Positions 9,826 through 20,648 of a DNA stretch of 64,000 nt are shown here, piece after piece. The position numbers and the translations under genes were made by a program. The DNA comes from Candidatus Sericytochromatia bacterium. GTDB lineage: Bacteria > Cyanobacteriota > Sericytochromatia > S15B-MN24 > UBA4093. A model generated the notes under the pieces. It saw nothing but the letters and a program-made list of their open reading frames with translations, was not told where the DNA came from and searched no databases. Position 1 is the first letter of the stretch. Each line of letters starts with the position of its first letter. The stretch spans positions 160,001 through 224,000 of the forward strand of contig JAKFBU010000023.1 of the NCBI GenBank assembly GCA_036676985.1, written 5' to 3'.

Positions 9826-11010
9826 CTAGTCGTTGACCGCGCTGTTGAGCAGCATCGGAACCTCGGCAGCCACGCGGCGGATGACGTCGGCGTTGTAGTC
9901 CACGTCCTCCTGGGTGTCGGGATAGCGCAGACCGGGCACCGGGTTGGTCCCGAGGTAGGTGCCGTAGTCGCCCATGTAGTCCGCCTGCCAGTAGAGGCGC
10001 GAGATCTTGTCCGAGATGACCTGGTTCGCCATCCGGTTGAACTCGGCGGTGCTCATGTCCGGGTTGTTGTGCCACCGGGTGGCGATCTCGCGCTGGGTCG
10101 AGGACTGGTTGTACACGTTCATCGCCGTGATGAGGTTGCGGTTGAAGGAGCGGCCGCCGGCGCTGACCAGGTAGTTGTTCATCGTGAGGCGGTTGGTGTC
10201 GTAGATCGAGTTGAACGCCGGCATGTTGCCGATGCGACGCTGGAGATCCTGCTCGACCCAGCTATCCACCCGGCGATCGTAGGCACGGTTCTCTTCGGTC
10301 TGCAAATCGCCGCGCTTCTGCTCGCGGACCGACGGCAACAGGCTGTCGAGCTCCTTGGCGCTCTTGATCTCCTTGTACTTGCTGGCCGAGTTCATGCCGC
10401 CGTCCGGCGCGAGGAAGATGGACTGACCGTTTGCGAGCCGCGACTTGGCCTCGGTGGCGTCCAGCTTGGGATGGGTCGTGATGAAGAGGGTCTTCTTCTT
10501 CTCACGCAGCCGGCCGTAATCGCCCAGCAGCGAGAACACGTCGCTAGAGACCTCGCTCAGCTCGACCTTGCGGGCAGGGGCCGGAGCGGGCGGAAGCGCG
10601 ATCTGGGGCACCGGACGCGGATCGCTGCGCAGGATGATCGGGAACTCGGGCTGCCAGTAGTAGCGCGGCTCGTGCACCGCCGGAGGCGTGGGACGGTCGT
10701 ACCCACCGGTCGACGGAGGAGTGGGGCGATCGTAGCCGCCCGTCGAAGGAGGCGTAGGCCGGTCGTACCCGCCGGTCGAAGGAGGCGTGGGACGCGAGGT
10801 CGAGGGCGGAGTGGGGCGCGAGGTCGACGGAGGCGTCGGGCGCGAGGTGGAGTAGTCGTCGCGGCTGGAGGAAGGAGGAGCCGGACGCGAGCTGGAGCCG
10901 GTGGAAGGAGGAGCGGGACGGCTGGTCGTCGAACCACCGGTGCTGGGGGGAGCCGGACGGCTGGTGGACGGGGGGGTCGGACGGCCGGTGGTCGAGTTGG
11001 TCGAGGACAT
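9826..11010 (-). CDS. Hypothetical protein with Pro/Ser/Thr tandem-repeat N-terminus
   Basis: AAGGAGG RBS before ATG 11010; repeats RPTPPST and GGYDRPTPPST; globular C-terminal half; hairpin at about 9778-9807 after the stop. Confidence 0.8.
   Translation of the reverse strand: MSSTNSTTGRPTPPSTSRPAPPSTGGSTTSRPAPPSTGSSSRPAPPSSSRDDYSTSRPTPPSTSRPTPPSTSRPTPPSTGGYDRPTPPSTGGYDRPTPPSTGGYDRPTPPAVHEPRYYWQPEFPIILRSDPRPVPQIALPPAPAPARKVELSEVSSDVFSLLGDYGRLREKKKTLFITTHPKLDATEAKSRLANGQSIFLAPDGGMNSASKYKEIKSAKELDSLLPSVREQKRGDLQTEENRAYDRRVDSWVEQDLQRRIGNMPAFNSIYDTNRLTMNNYLVSAGGRSFNRNLITAMNVYNQSSTQREIATRWHNNPDMSTAEFNRMANQVISDKISRLYWQADYMGDYGTYLGTNPVPGLRYPDTQEDVDYNADVIRRVAAEVPMLLNSAVND
10682..10990. repeat. Intragenic degenerate tandem repeats (33-bp and about 24-bp units)
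   Basis: Three 33-bp units at 10682-10780 encode STGGYDRPTPP with synonymous differences, next to shorter STSRPTPP units. Confidence 0.85.
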
Positions 11011-11193
11011 CGCGGAAACCTCCTTCAAGGTTGTTCATCGCATCAAAGTGTTGTTAAGCAAGTTATGGTCCGGCGACGTGGCAACTTTCTTAAGGAATAG
11101 TTATGCTTCGAGTAAGAAACGTTTAACTGCACGATTTCAGCGGGTCGGGAACCTTCCGGGGCCGCTCGGAGTCTCGTGGTATAAGGGTGAGGC

Positions 11194-11781
11194 ATGAACT
11201 CCAACGCAGCCGACGAACGACAACTCATCCTGCGCTACCAGCGAGGCGACCAGAGCGCCGCGGAGGCGATCTTCCGCCTGTACCACCCGATGGTCCACGG
11301 GCTGGCCAGTCGCATGCTGGGCGCAGGCGGAGACGTCGAGGATGCGGTGCAGGAGGTGTTCATCCGCGCCTTTCGGGGTTTGAAGACCTTCCGGGGGGAG
11401 AGCTCGCTCAAGACCTGGCTCTACCGCGTGGCCACCAACGTCTGCCTGACGTATGCAGACAAGGCCAAGCGACAGCAGCACGTCGAGAGCCTCGACGATC
11501 CGCTCGGAGAGGAGGGCTCCGAGACCAAGGGCAGCCTCATCGCGTCGGGCGACCGGCTTCCCGAAGAGGAGATCCTGGGCCAGGAGCTCGGCTCCAAGAT
11601 CCAGGCGGCCCTGGACCACCTGAGCCCCGAGTTCCGGGCGGTCCTGGTGCTCAGGGACGTGGAGGGCCTCTCCTACGAGGAGGTCGCGGCCACCACCGGG
11701 GCCAACCTGGGGACCGTCAAGTCGCGCCTCGCCCGGGCCCGCGCCCAGGCGATGAAGTGGTTGAAGGAGTATCTGGCATGA
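11194..11781 (+). CDS. ECF RNA polymerase sigma factor (RpoE/SigW-like)
   Basis: EDAVQEVFIRAF, FRGESSLKTWLYRVATN, LRDVEGLSYEEVA, GTVKSRLARAR. Confidence 0.95.
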   Translation: MNSNAADERQLILRYQRGDQSAAEAIFRLYHPMVHGLASRMLGAGGDVEDAVQEVFIRAFRGLKTFRGESSLKTWLYRVATNVCLTYADKAKRQQHVESLDDPLGEEGSETKGSLIASGDRLPEEEILGQELGSKIQAALDHLSPEFRAVLVLRDVEGLSYEEVAATTGANLGTVKSRLARARAQAMKWLKEYLA

Positions 11782-11798
11782 GAAAGGAGAGCGCGCCG

Positions 11799-12260
11799 AT
11801 GGAGTGTGGCAGTTTCCAGTTGCTGCTCTCGGCCTACGTCGACGATCAGCTCGCACCGGACGAGGTGTGGAGCGTGCACGCCCACCTGATGCGCTGTCCC
11901 AACTGTGCATCGTACCTCACACAGCTCTCCACCACCGTCCATGCCCTGCGCTCCCTGCCGCCGGTGGTGCCCACCCATGACTCGTGGGAGGCCGTCTGCT
12001 TCACCTTGCGTCGCGAGGGCCTGGTGCGCCCCTGGTGGGCCCGCCCCCGTCCCTGGAGCGTCGGAGCCGCCACCGCGGGCATCCTGGTCGCGATCTACGC
12101 CTATTCGGCGCTGCGCCCCCAGCCCCAGTACGCGAACCTCGACGCCTACTGGCGCGAGCATGCCATCTTCACCTCGCAGGAGGAGCCCGTCTACTCCCAC
12201 GGCGCCCCCGCCCTGGAAGCCATGGAGGCCACCTACCAGCTCCAAGGGGTGACTCCTTGA
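11799..12260 (+). CDS. Zinc-finger (zf-HC2) membrane anti-sigma factor
   Basis: LLSAYVDDQL...HLMRCPNC (HxxxCxxC) plus one TM segment. Start is 11799 (after AAGGAG) or 11778. Confidence 0.88.
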   Translation: MECGSFQLLLSAYVDDQLAPDEVWSVHAHLMRCPNCASYLTQLSTTVHALRSLPPVVPTHDSWEAVCFTLRREGLVRPWWARPRPWSVGAATAGILVAIYAYSALRPQPQYANLDAYWREHAIFTSQEEPVYSHGAPALEAMEATYQLQGVTP

Positions 12261-13255
12261 TGTCACGGCTCTTCCTGGCAACTCTCCTGGCCACCACCTC
12301 GCCCCTGCTCGAGCTTCCCGCCGCCTTCGCTGCCCCCGTCACCTTCGAGCGGCTCGTCGCCGCGAGTCAGGTGCCCTACACCGGCGAGCTCGTCGTCAAC
12401 GGCAAGACCGTCCTGCGCGTCACGCACGGCCCGGGCGATCGCCGCCGCAACGAGGTCCTCGCGCCGGTAGGCATGCGTGGCGAGGTGATCGTGGACAACG
12501 GCAAGACCCGCTGGCACCATTCCCCTCGCACCAGCCAGGTGGATATCGCTCCGTCCGAGATGGGCTACAAGCGCCCGATCATGAGCGCGCGCCTCATGGA
12601 GCGCAACTTCAAGCTCCACGTGATCCGCCAGGACAAGGTCGCGGGCCGATCCGTCACGGTGGTGGATATCCTGCCCCGCCATGCGGGCCGCCCCTCGCAG
12701 CGGCTCTGGATGGATCAGGCCACGGGCCTCCCCTTGCGGGTCGAGCGTCGTTCGCCACAGGGCACCCTCCTGGGTCGCAGCGAGTTCCGCTCCATCGAGT
12801 TCCCCGCCAAGCTTCCGGCGGACGCCTTCGAGTTCGCCCTGCCGCCGCGGGCGCGGGTCTCCTCGTCGGTGCAGATGATCGCGACGGGCAGCACCATCGC
12901 CGACCTCAAGACTCCCGTGCCCTTCCCCATCAAGATGCCCAGCTACCTGCCCGCGGGCTTCGAGGTGGTGACGGTGCACCTGTTCGAGAACAAGGGAGTT
13001 CGCTCGGTCCACTGGCGCCTCAGCGACGGGCTCGACATGCTGTCCCTGTTCCAGACCGATCGCGCCAACAAGGCCCAGCGACCGCCCGGGGCCCACGACG
13101 TGGCGATCGCCAACTCCCAGGGCTTCATCGTCGGTCAGGGCTCGCACCACATGCTCTGCTGGGATACGCCGAACGGCGCCTTCACCCTGGTCGGAGATCT
13201 CACGGAGGCTGAGCTGACCCGCATCGCGGCCTCCACCACGACCCAGCGAAAGTAG
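12260..13255 (+). CDS. MucB/RseB-like periplasmic sigma-E regulator (LolA fold)
   Basis: Signal peptide; DKVAGR...RLWMDQATGLPLR...FEFALPP; PSYLPAGF; LSDGLDMLSLFQ; TGATG overlap with the anti-sigma gene. Confidence 0.82.
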   Translation: MSRLFLATLLATTSPLLELPAAFAAPVTFERLVAASQVPYTGELVVNGKTVLRVTHGPGDRRRNEVLAPVGMRGEVIVDNGKTRWHHSPRTSQVDIAPSEMGYKRPIMSARLMERNFKLHVIRQDKVAGRSVTVVDILPRHAGRPSQRLWMDQATGLPLRVERRSPQGTLLGRSEFRSIEFPAKLPADAFEFALPPRARVSSSVQMIATGSTIADLKTPVPFPIKMPSYLPAGFEVVTVHLFENKGVRSVHWRLSDGLDMLSLFQTDRANKAQRPPGAHDVAIANSQGFIVGQGSHHMLCWDTPNGAFTLVGDLTEAELTRIAASTTTQRK

Positions 13256-13332
13256 GCATGCGTCTCCTCGATCTAGGGAACCTTTTTCGAGCCCTCCGAG
13301 TCATATCAACAGAACGGTAAACAGGAGGACCC

Positions 13333-13524
13333 ATGGACCCCGGATCGACCCAGCCGGATCCCCGCCAAGCGGCCTCGGATCCCGCACCCACCTACCTCGA
13401 GTTCTACCTGACGGACGGCAGCCTGGCCCAGGCCGGCACCAGCTTCACCCTGGTTCCCCGGCGCCCGGAAGGCAAGCCCGTACGCCGCTTCCGTCGGATC
13501 GGCTCCCTCTCCATTTCCGCATAG
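13333..13524 (+). CDS. Small hypothetical protein
   Basis: AGGAGG RBS; 63 aa; fills the gap between the rseB-like and htrA genes. Confidence 0.55.
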   Translation: MDPGSTQPDPRQAASDPAPTYLEFYLTDGSLAQAGTSFTLVPRRPEGKPVRRFRRIGSLSISA

Positions 13525-13544
13525 TCTTGAAAGGAGTCTCATCC

Positions 13545-14717
13545 ATGCGTAAGCGTGTGCTGCCCGCCCTGCTCAGCGTCGCCCTCGGCGTCGGGGGCGG
13601 GGCCGTGGGCGCCGGTGTGGTCATGATGGCCCAGCCCGCCGTCGAGACGAAGCCCGCCTATGCCAACCCCATGATCGGTCAGCCCGTCGCCAAGGGCGGC
13701 GAGGAGATCGCCGACCTGGTCGAGCGCGTGGGACCCGCGGTCGTCAACATCGACACCGTGAGCCGCCGCCAGGTCCCCCAGATGATGATGAACCCCTTCA
13801 GCCTCGAGGACTTCTTCAACGGAGGCCCCTCGTTCCAGCGCCGCCAGCAGAGCGTGCAGCAGAAGGGCGTCGGCACGGGCTTCATCATCCGCGAGAACGG
13901 CCTCATCGTCACCAACAACCACGTGGTGGCAGGCGCCTCCGAGCTCTACGTGACCCTGCCCGACGGACGCAAGTTCAAGGGCAAGCTAGTGGGCACCGAC
14001 CCCGGAACGGACCTGGCGCTCGTGAAGGTCGATGCCAAGGGCCTGCCCTCCTTGAAGCTGGCAGACCCCAAGAGCCTGCGCGTCGGCCAGTGGACGGTGG
14101 CCATCGGTAGCCCGCTCGGCCTCCAGCACTCGGTGACAGCCGGCCTCCTGAGCGCCATGGGCCGCGAGGTCTCGCTGAACAACCGCGTCAACTTCCTGCA
14201 GACGAGCGCGCCCATCAATCCCGGCAACTCGGGCGGCCCGCTGCTCAACATGCAGGGCGAGGTGATCGGCGTGAACACGGCGGTGGCCGCGCGCGCCCAG
14301 GGCATCGGCTTCGCGGTGCCCGTGGAAACGGTCCTGCGCGTGGTCCCGCAGCTCGAGGCCAACGGCAAGGTGGATCGGGCCTGGCTCGGCGTCGGTCTGC
14401 GCGACCTGCCCGAGGACCGGCAGGCCATGTTCTACCCGACGGACTCCGGGGTGATCATCGCCCAGGTGGACCCGCGCGGGCCGTCTGCCAAGGCCGGCCT
14501 GCTCGAGGGGGATGTGGTCCTGCAGCTCAACGGCAAGGACCTCAAGAACGCCCATGATCTCATCGTCGCCGTCAACGCCATGAAGGTCGGCGAGAAGGTC
14601 TCCTTGCTCGTGAGCCGCGAGGGCCAGAAGAAGACCCTGCAGATCACGCTCGGCCAGATGCCCGCGCGCCTGGCGGAGGCCTCCAACCAGCAGCAGATGC
14701 CCGAAGAAGGCGAATAG
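13545..14717 (+). CDS. htrA: HtrA/DegP-family serine protease with one PDZ domain
   Basis: TNNHVV, DLALVK, INPGNSGGPL triad motifs; C-terminal PDZ; N-terminal anchor. Confidence 0.93.
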   Translation: MRKRVLPALLSVALGVGGGAVGAGVVMMAQPAVETKPAYANPMIGQPVAKGGEEIADLVERVGPAVVNIDTVSRRQVPQMMMNPFSLEDFFNGGPSFQRRQQSVQQKGVGTGFIIRENGLIVTNNHVVAGASELYVTLPDGRKFKGKLVGTDPGTDLALVKVDAKGLPSLKLADPKSLRVGQWTVAIGSPLGLQHSVTAGLLSAMGREVSLNNRVNFLQTSAPINPGNSGGPLLNMQGEVIGVNTAVAARAQGIGFAVPVETVLRVVPQLEANGKVDRAWLGVGLRDLPEDRQAMFYPTDSGVIIAQVDPRGPSAKAGLLEGDVVLQLNGKDLKNAHDLIVAVNAMKVGEKVSLLVSREGQKKTLQITLGQMPARLAEASNQQQMPEEGE

Positions 14718-14744
14718 CCTCGACAAAGCTCCGTTCCAATGCCA

Positions 14745-14776
14745 CACTGCGGGGGAGTAGCCACTCCCCCGCAGTG
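14745..14776 (+). terminator. Hairpin after htrA
   Basis: CACTGCGGGGGAGT/ACTCCCCCGCAGTG inverted repeat; weak U tail. Confidence 0.5.
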
Positions 14777-14793
14777 CCGTTGAGAGGATCCTC

Positions 14794-15453
14794 GTGAAGC
14801 GCCTGACCCTCACCCTGGCCATAACGGCCACCCTGGCCACCCCCGCGCATGCCGCCTACCTCAGCGACTACGAGATCGGTACGGTGCGCGCCGTCAACTC
14901 CTTCGGGGCTCCCTTTCTGGACGGGGGCATGGGGCTCTTCTCCAACAACGCCTTCGTGATCGGAGCTCCCCTCCTGCTCTCGGTGGCGTCGGCGCCCGAC
15001 AACATGTCCGGCCCCATCCTGGTGCTCGCCGCCGAAGGCCTCGCCTACGGCGCCCAGGCCGCCCTGAAGCCCCTCTTCAACCGTCCGCGCCCTTACCAGA
15101 CGTATCCGGACCTGCGCACGCCCAATGGCGTGCTGGAGCACGACCTGCTGTCGTTCCCGTCGGGCCATGCGGCCGTGAGCTTCGCGGCGGCGACGGCGCT
15201 GGCCGACTACAACCCGGCCCTCGCCTGGCCGGCGTACGGGCTCGCGGCGCTTATCAGCTACTCGCGGATCTACAACGGGATGCACTACCCGTCGGACGTG
15301 CTGGCCGGAGCGCTGGTCGGCTTCGGCGTAGGCAAGTTCACGCGCTGGGGGTTGGACCAGATCAACGGGCGCTACGGCTTCCCGACCCTCGCCATGCAGC
15401 CCACCGCGGCCTTCGGGGATGGGTACGTGCTGGGATTCTCGCGCAAGTTCTAG
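14794..15453 (+). CDS. PAP2-family phosphatase
   Basis: KPLFNRPRP, SFPSGH, SRIYNGMHYPSD. Confidence 0.92.
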   Translation: MKRLTLTLAITATLATPAHAAYLSDYEIGTVRAVNSFGAPFLDGGMGLFSNNAFVIGAPLLLSVASAPDNMSGPILVLAAEGLAYGAQAALKPLFNRPRPYQTYPDLRTPNGVLEHDLLSFPSGHAAVSFAAATALADYNPALAWPAYGLAALISYSRIYNGMHYPSDVLAGALVGFGVGKFTRWGLDQINGRYGFPTLAMQPTAAFGDGYVLGFSRKF

Positions 15454-15480
15454 CTGTTGGAATAAGGAAGCGTTCGCCCC

Positions 15481-17262
15481 TTAGGCAGGCGTCCCCTGCG
15501 TCTGATCCCGCGGATCGTCCTGGCCGGCCGCGATCGCCCGCGCCCGCTCGATCTCTTGCTGGTACTGCCGCACCTGCCGGTCGACCCACTGCATGCGCTC
15601 CTCCTCGGTCCAGCCCTCGTGGGCCTGCAGGGAGCCGCTCATGACCGCCGCGATCTCGTCCACCGCCTCGAGGCCCTGGCGGGCGTCGAGCAGGTTGAGC
15701 CGCGTCCGCCGCATCATGACGTCGCACAGCGTCACGGCCATCTCGTAGCACACGAAGTAGGCGACCTCCGCCCGCAACAGGGGAGACTCCGGGCTCAGTC
15801 CCACGATCGGGCGATCCAGGCCGCGATCCGCCTCCATCAGCGATAGCACGACCAGGTAGTTCGTGCCGTAGCGGGACACGAGCATCCGCACGAGCCCCGG
15901 CTCCAGGTCGGGATGCGTCTCGATCGCATAGGACAGGTACTTGTCGAAGTCCCCGCCCGGCAGATCGCCGCCGCTGAGCGGTACCTCGTCGGCATGGCGA
16001 TTCGCGAGCTCCGGCAGCCAGGCCTCGTCGCGCAGGCTCTTCACGGCCACGTCCACCACCTGCCGCGCCATGGAGCGGAAGGTCGTGTACTTGCCGCCCG
16101 CGATGCCGATCACACCAGCGGGGGAGACGAAGATCTCGTGCTCGCGCGAGATCTCGGACTCCGAGACGCCCTCGCCCGGCGGGGCGATGAGCGGACGCCA
16201 GCCCGCGAAGGAGGCAATCACGTCCTCCGGCTTCAGGTCCGCGCCCGGGCACACCTCGTTCGCCGACTCGAGGATGTAGGCGATCTCCTGCGGGCTCGCG
16301 TAGATGTCGTCGTCCAGGTAGCGGTCCGTGCCGTCCTCGGCATGCGCCGTGTCCGTCGTCCCGATGAGGGTCCGCTCACCGTACGGGATGATGAACATCC
16401 AGCGCTTCTTCTTGGGATCCTTGGGCTCGTGGCTCTTGAGCACGATGGCCTTCTCGGTGATCTTGCGGACCACCAGGTGTACACCCTTGGTCGGCTTGAG
16501 GCGCGGCTTGGCCTCGGGGTCCTCCAGGCGCGCGAGCCGATCCGACCAGGGCCCCGTCGCGTTGATGACCCGCCGCGCGAAGACCGAATGAGACTCGCCC
16601 GACAGCCGATCGCGCACCGTCACGCCCGTCACCTTGCCGTCCGGGCCCTTGTTGAAGCCCGTCACCTCCACGTGGTTGGCGATCGCCGCCCCCCAGGTGG
16701 CCGCCGTCTTGAGGGTCTCGACGGTCATGCGCGCGTCCTCGGTGAGCCCGTCGATGTAGGCCAAGGAACCCTTCATGTGCTCCAGGCGCAGGTTGGGCTC
16801 CTGCTCGACGGTCTCCTGCGGCTTCAGCTTGCGGTGCAGCCGGGCCATCCGGAACTCCGAGGTGCTCGACAGGCCGTCGTAGAGCCAGAGGCCGGCGTTC
16901 ATGACCGTGAGGTTGTCGCCATACGCGTCGTAGATGGGGAAGAGGAACGGCAGCTCCTTGGCGAGGTGCGACGCGTGATGGAACAGCTTGTTGCGCTGGG
17001 TGAGGGCCTCGTGCACCAGGCGAAGCTCACCGTGCTCGAGGTAGCGCAGGCCGCCGTGCAGGAGCTTGGAGCTCTTGCTGCTGGTGCCGCTCGCGAAGTC
17101 GTCACGCTCGACGAGCGCCACCTTGAGGCCCCTGAGGGCCCCCTCCAGGGCGATGCCCGCTCCCGTGATGCCTCCTCCGACGATGAGCAGGTCCCAGCTC
17201 TCCCGGGACAGACGCTCCAGCGTCACCCGGCGGGACGTGGCGGACAGTTCGCGCGACAGCAT
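15481..17262 (-). CDS. glpD: FAD-dependent glycerol-3-phosphate dehydrogenase
   Basis: IVGGGITGAG, GTSSKSSKLLHGGLRYL, INATGPW, GTTD, GGKYTTFR, RRTRL. Confidence 0.92.
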   Translation of the reverse strand: MLSRELSATSRRVTLERLSRESWDLLIVGGGITGAGIALEGALRGLKVALVERDDFASGTSSKSSKLLHGGLRYLEHGELRLVHEALTQRNKLFHHASHLAKELPFLFPIYDAYGDNLTVMNAGLWLYDGLSSTSEFRMARLHRKLKPQETVEQEPNLRLEHMKGSLAYIDGLTEDARMTVETLKTAATWGAAIANHVEVTGFNKGPDGKVTGVTVRDRLSGESHSVFARRVINATGPWSDRLARLEDPEAKPRLKPTKGVHLVVRKITEKAIVLKSHEPKDPKKKRWMFIIPYGERTLIGTTDTAHAEDGTDRYLDDDIYASPQEIAYILESANEVCPGADLKPEDVIASFAGWRPLIAPPGEGVSESEISREHEIFVSPAGVIGIAGGKYTTFRSMARQVVDVAVKSLRDEAWLPELANRHADEVPLSGGDLPGGDFDKYLSYAIETHPDLEPGLVRMLVSRYGTNYLVVLSLMEADRGLDRPIVGLSPESPLLRAEVAYFVCYEMAVTLCDVMMRRTRLNLLDARQGLEAVDEIAAVMSGSLQAHEGWTEEERMQWVDRQVRQYQQEIERARAIAAGQDDPRDQTQGTPA

Positions 17263-17265
17263 GGT

Positions 17266-18954
17266 CTAGACTCCCTTTGGCGTGGACGCCTGAGCGGACG
17301 GACCCAACAACTTGCCAGGATTCATATACCCCGTGGGATCGAAGGCCTCCTTCAAGGCAGCGAGCGCTTCGATCCCGATCGACCCGACGTACTCCCGCAT
17401 CCAGGGCGCATGATCGAGGCCGATGGCGTGGTGATGGCTGAGCGCGCCGCCGTTGCGCACGAGGCAATCGGTCGCAGCCCGCTTGGCCTCGGCCCACTGC
17501 TCGAGCTCGCGGCCCGGCGTCTGGCGGCCCGCGAAGGTGAAGTAGAGGGACGCCCCGTCGTGGTAGACGTGCGAGACGTGGCACATGACGAAGGGCGCGA
17601 CGCCGTTTTTGGCGATCGCTTCTTTCAGGGCCCCGTCCACGGCCTGGTAGAGGTCGTGCAGGTTCGCCCACTCCGTCGCGGTCTCGAGCGTATCGACCAT
17701 CACCCCCCGGTCGAGCAGCGTGTCGCGCAGGTAGGGCAGGTCGAAGCGCGAGCGGAACCAGGAGCGTCCGATGCTCGCGCCCAAGGAGAGCCCGTCGTGA
17801 CGCTTGAGGATGGGGCGGGCGACCTCCCACTGGCTCACCACGGCCGAGGCCTCGCCCTCGAAGCCCACAAGCAGCAGGCAACGGCCCTCGAAGTCGATGC
17901 TGCCGCCCCTGGTCAGGACCCACTTGCCCGCCTGCTGGACGAACGCCTCGACGGGCGAGCCCGGCTCCTCGCGCATCTTGAAGAAGAGCTCGGTCTCCTG
18001 CCGGTCCGAGAGGCGCACGGTCGCGGGCCTGAGCTCCTGGCGCAGAAGGTCCCGCATGGCGCGGATGCCGACCTCGAAGCTCGGCATCAGGTACCCCCGG
18101 TAGTCTCGGACCGCCGGCACGCGATGGACCTTGACCGTGGCCTCGGTGATGACGCCGAGGAGGCCCTCCGAGCCCACCACGAGCTCCTTGAGGCTCGGAC
18201 CGGTCGCCTGGGCGGGGATGGGGCGCACGTCGAAGGTGCCCTTGGGCGTTGCGAGGCGCAGGCCCACCACCATCTCCTCGATCTTGCCGTACTTGGAGGA
18301 CTGCTGACCGGCCGAGCGGGTCGCGATCCAGCCGCCCAGGGTCGAGAACTCGAAGGATTGCGGGAAGTGGCCGAGCGTGTAGCCCTCGCGTCCCAATTGC
18401 TCCTCGAGGGCGGGGCCGAAGACGCCCGCCTGGATCGTGGCCGTGCCCGACTCGCGGTCGATGGCCACCACCCGGTCCATGCGCGCCATGTCGAGCGTCA
18501 CGAAGACGCCCACCTGTCCGGGAGGCACCTCGACGCCCCCCACGACGCTGGTGCCGCCCCCGAAGGGGATCACCCGCCAGCCGGCCTCGCGGGCGCAGTC
18601 CAGGACGGCCTGGACCTCGTCGTGGCTGCGGGGGTAGACGACGGCATCCGGGGCATGGGGCACATGGCCCCGGCGGATCCGCACCAGGTCCCGGTAGCTC
18701 TTGCCGTAGCTGTGGTGGACCCGCTCGGCATGGTCGGTCGTCACTCCGTCCGCGCCCACGATGGCCGACAGGGCCTTGTGGTGCTCGGCGGAGAGGCGGC
18801 TGGGCGGGAGGGCGATCGCCGCGAGCTCCATCACCGGCGCCGCCTCACCGAGGGCGGGCCCGAGGCGGCGCTCGAGGAACGGCCAGAATAGGGGCTTGCG
18901 GTCGAGGGCATAGCCCTTGTCAGGCTGCCCCCACCCCCACCACTTCATGGCCAT
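17266..18954 (-). CDS. FAD-binding oxidoreductase, alkyl-DHAP synthase-like
   Basis: MKWWGWG, PFGGGTSVVGG, GHFPQSFEFSTLGGWIATR, CHVSHVYHDGASLYFTF, LSHHHAIG, MNPGKL. Confidence 0.85.
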   Translation of the reverse strand: MAMKWWGWGQPDKGYALDRKPLFWPFLERRLGPALGEAAPVMELAAIALPPSRLSAEHHKALSAIVGADGVTTDHAERVHHSYGKSYRDLVRIRRGHVPHAPDAVVYPRSHDEVQAVLDCAREAGWRVIPFGGGTSVVGGVEVPPGQVGVFVTLDMARMDRVVAIDRESGTATIQAGVFGPALEEQLGREGYTLGHFPQSFEFSTLGGWIATRSAGQQSSKYGKIEEMVVGLRLATPKGTFDVRPIPAQATGPSLKELVVGSEGLLGVITEATVKVHRVPAVRDYRGYLMPSFEVGIRAMRDLLRQELRPATVRLSDRQETELFFKMREEPGSPVEAFVQQAGKWVLTRGGSIDFEGRCLLLVGFEGEASAVVSQWEVARPILKRHDGLSLGASIGRSWFRSRFDLPYLRDTLLDRGVMVDTLETATEWANLHDLYQAVDGALKEAIAKNGVAPFVMCHVSHVYHDGASLYFTFAGRQTPGRELEQWAEAKRAATDCLVRNGGALSHHHAIGLDHAPWMREYVGSIGIEALAALKEAFDPTGYMNPGKLLGPSAQASTPKGV

Positions 18955-20478
<1,524 letters not shown>

Positions 20479-20610
20479 GAGGGCCTCCTCTCTGAGGGAC
20501 GTTGTCTTCCCCATTTTACCGCGCCGGAGGCCCGTCCGCATCGGTACCGGACGCGAGTCCGCCGCCCCTTCCGCCCATTGACCGATAGCGGTCGCCAAAG
20601 CCCGCATCCC

Positions 20611-20619
20611 TGCTATAAT
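20611..20619 (+). promoter_or_regulatory. Extended -10 promoter element
   Basis: TGCTATAAT 30 nt upstream of the MFS start. Confidence 0.65.
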
Positions 20620-20648
20620 CAAGGCGTCTCGAGCCCCAGGGAGGCGCC

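Noticed and set aside
10682-10990. Regular repeats as a possible CRISPR array
   Set aside because: Degenerate, in-frame coding repeats with no unique spacers and no cas genes.
15913-18891. 992-aa plus-strand ORF and many other long overlapping ORFs (e.g. 6387-7865, 19030-20877, 31483-33282, 56090-58171)
   Set aside because: Antisense or off-frame shadows of well-supported genes, typical of high-GC DNA; no motifs or RBS.
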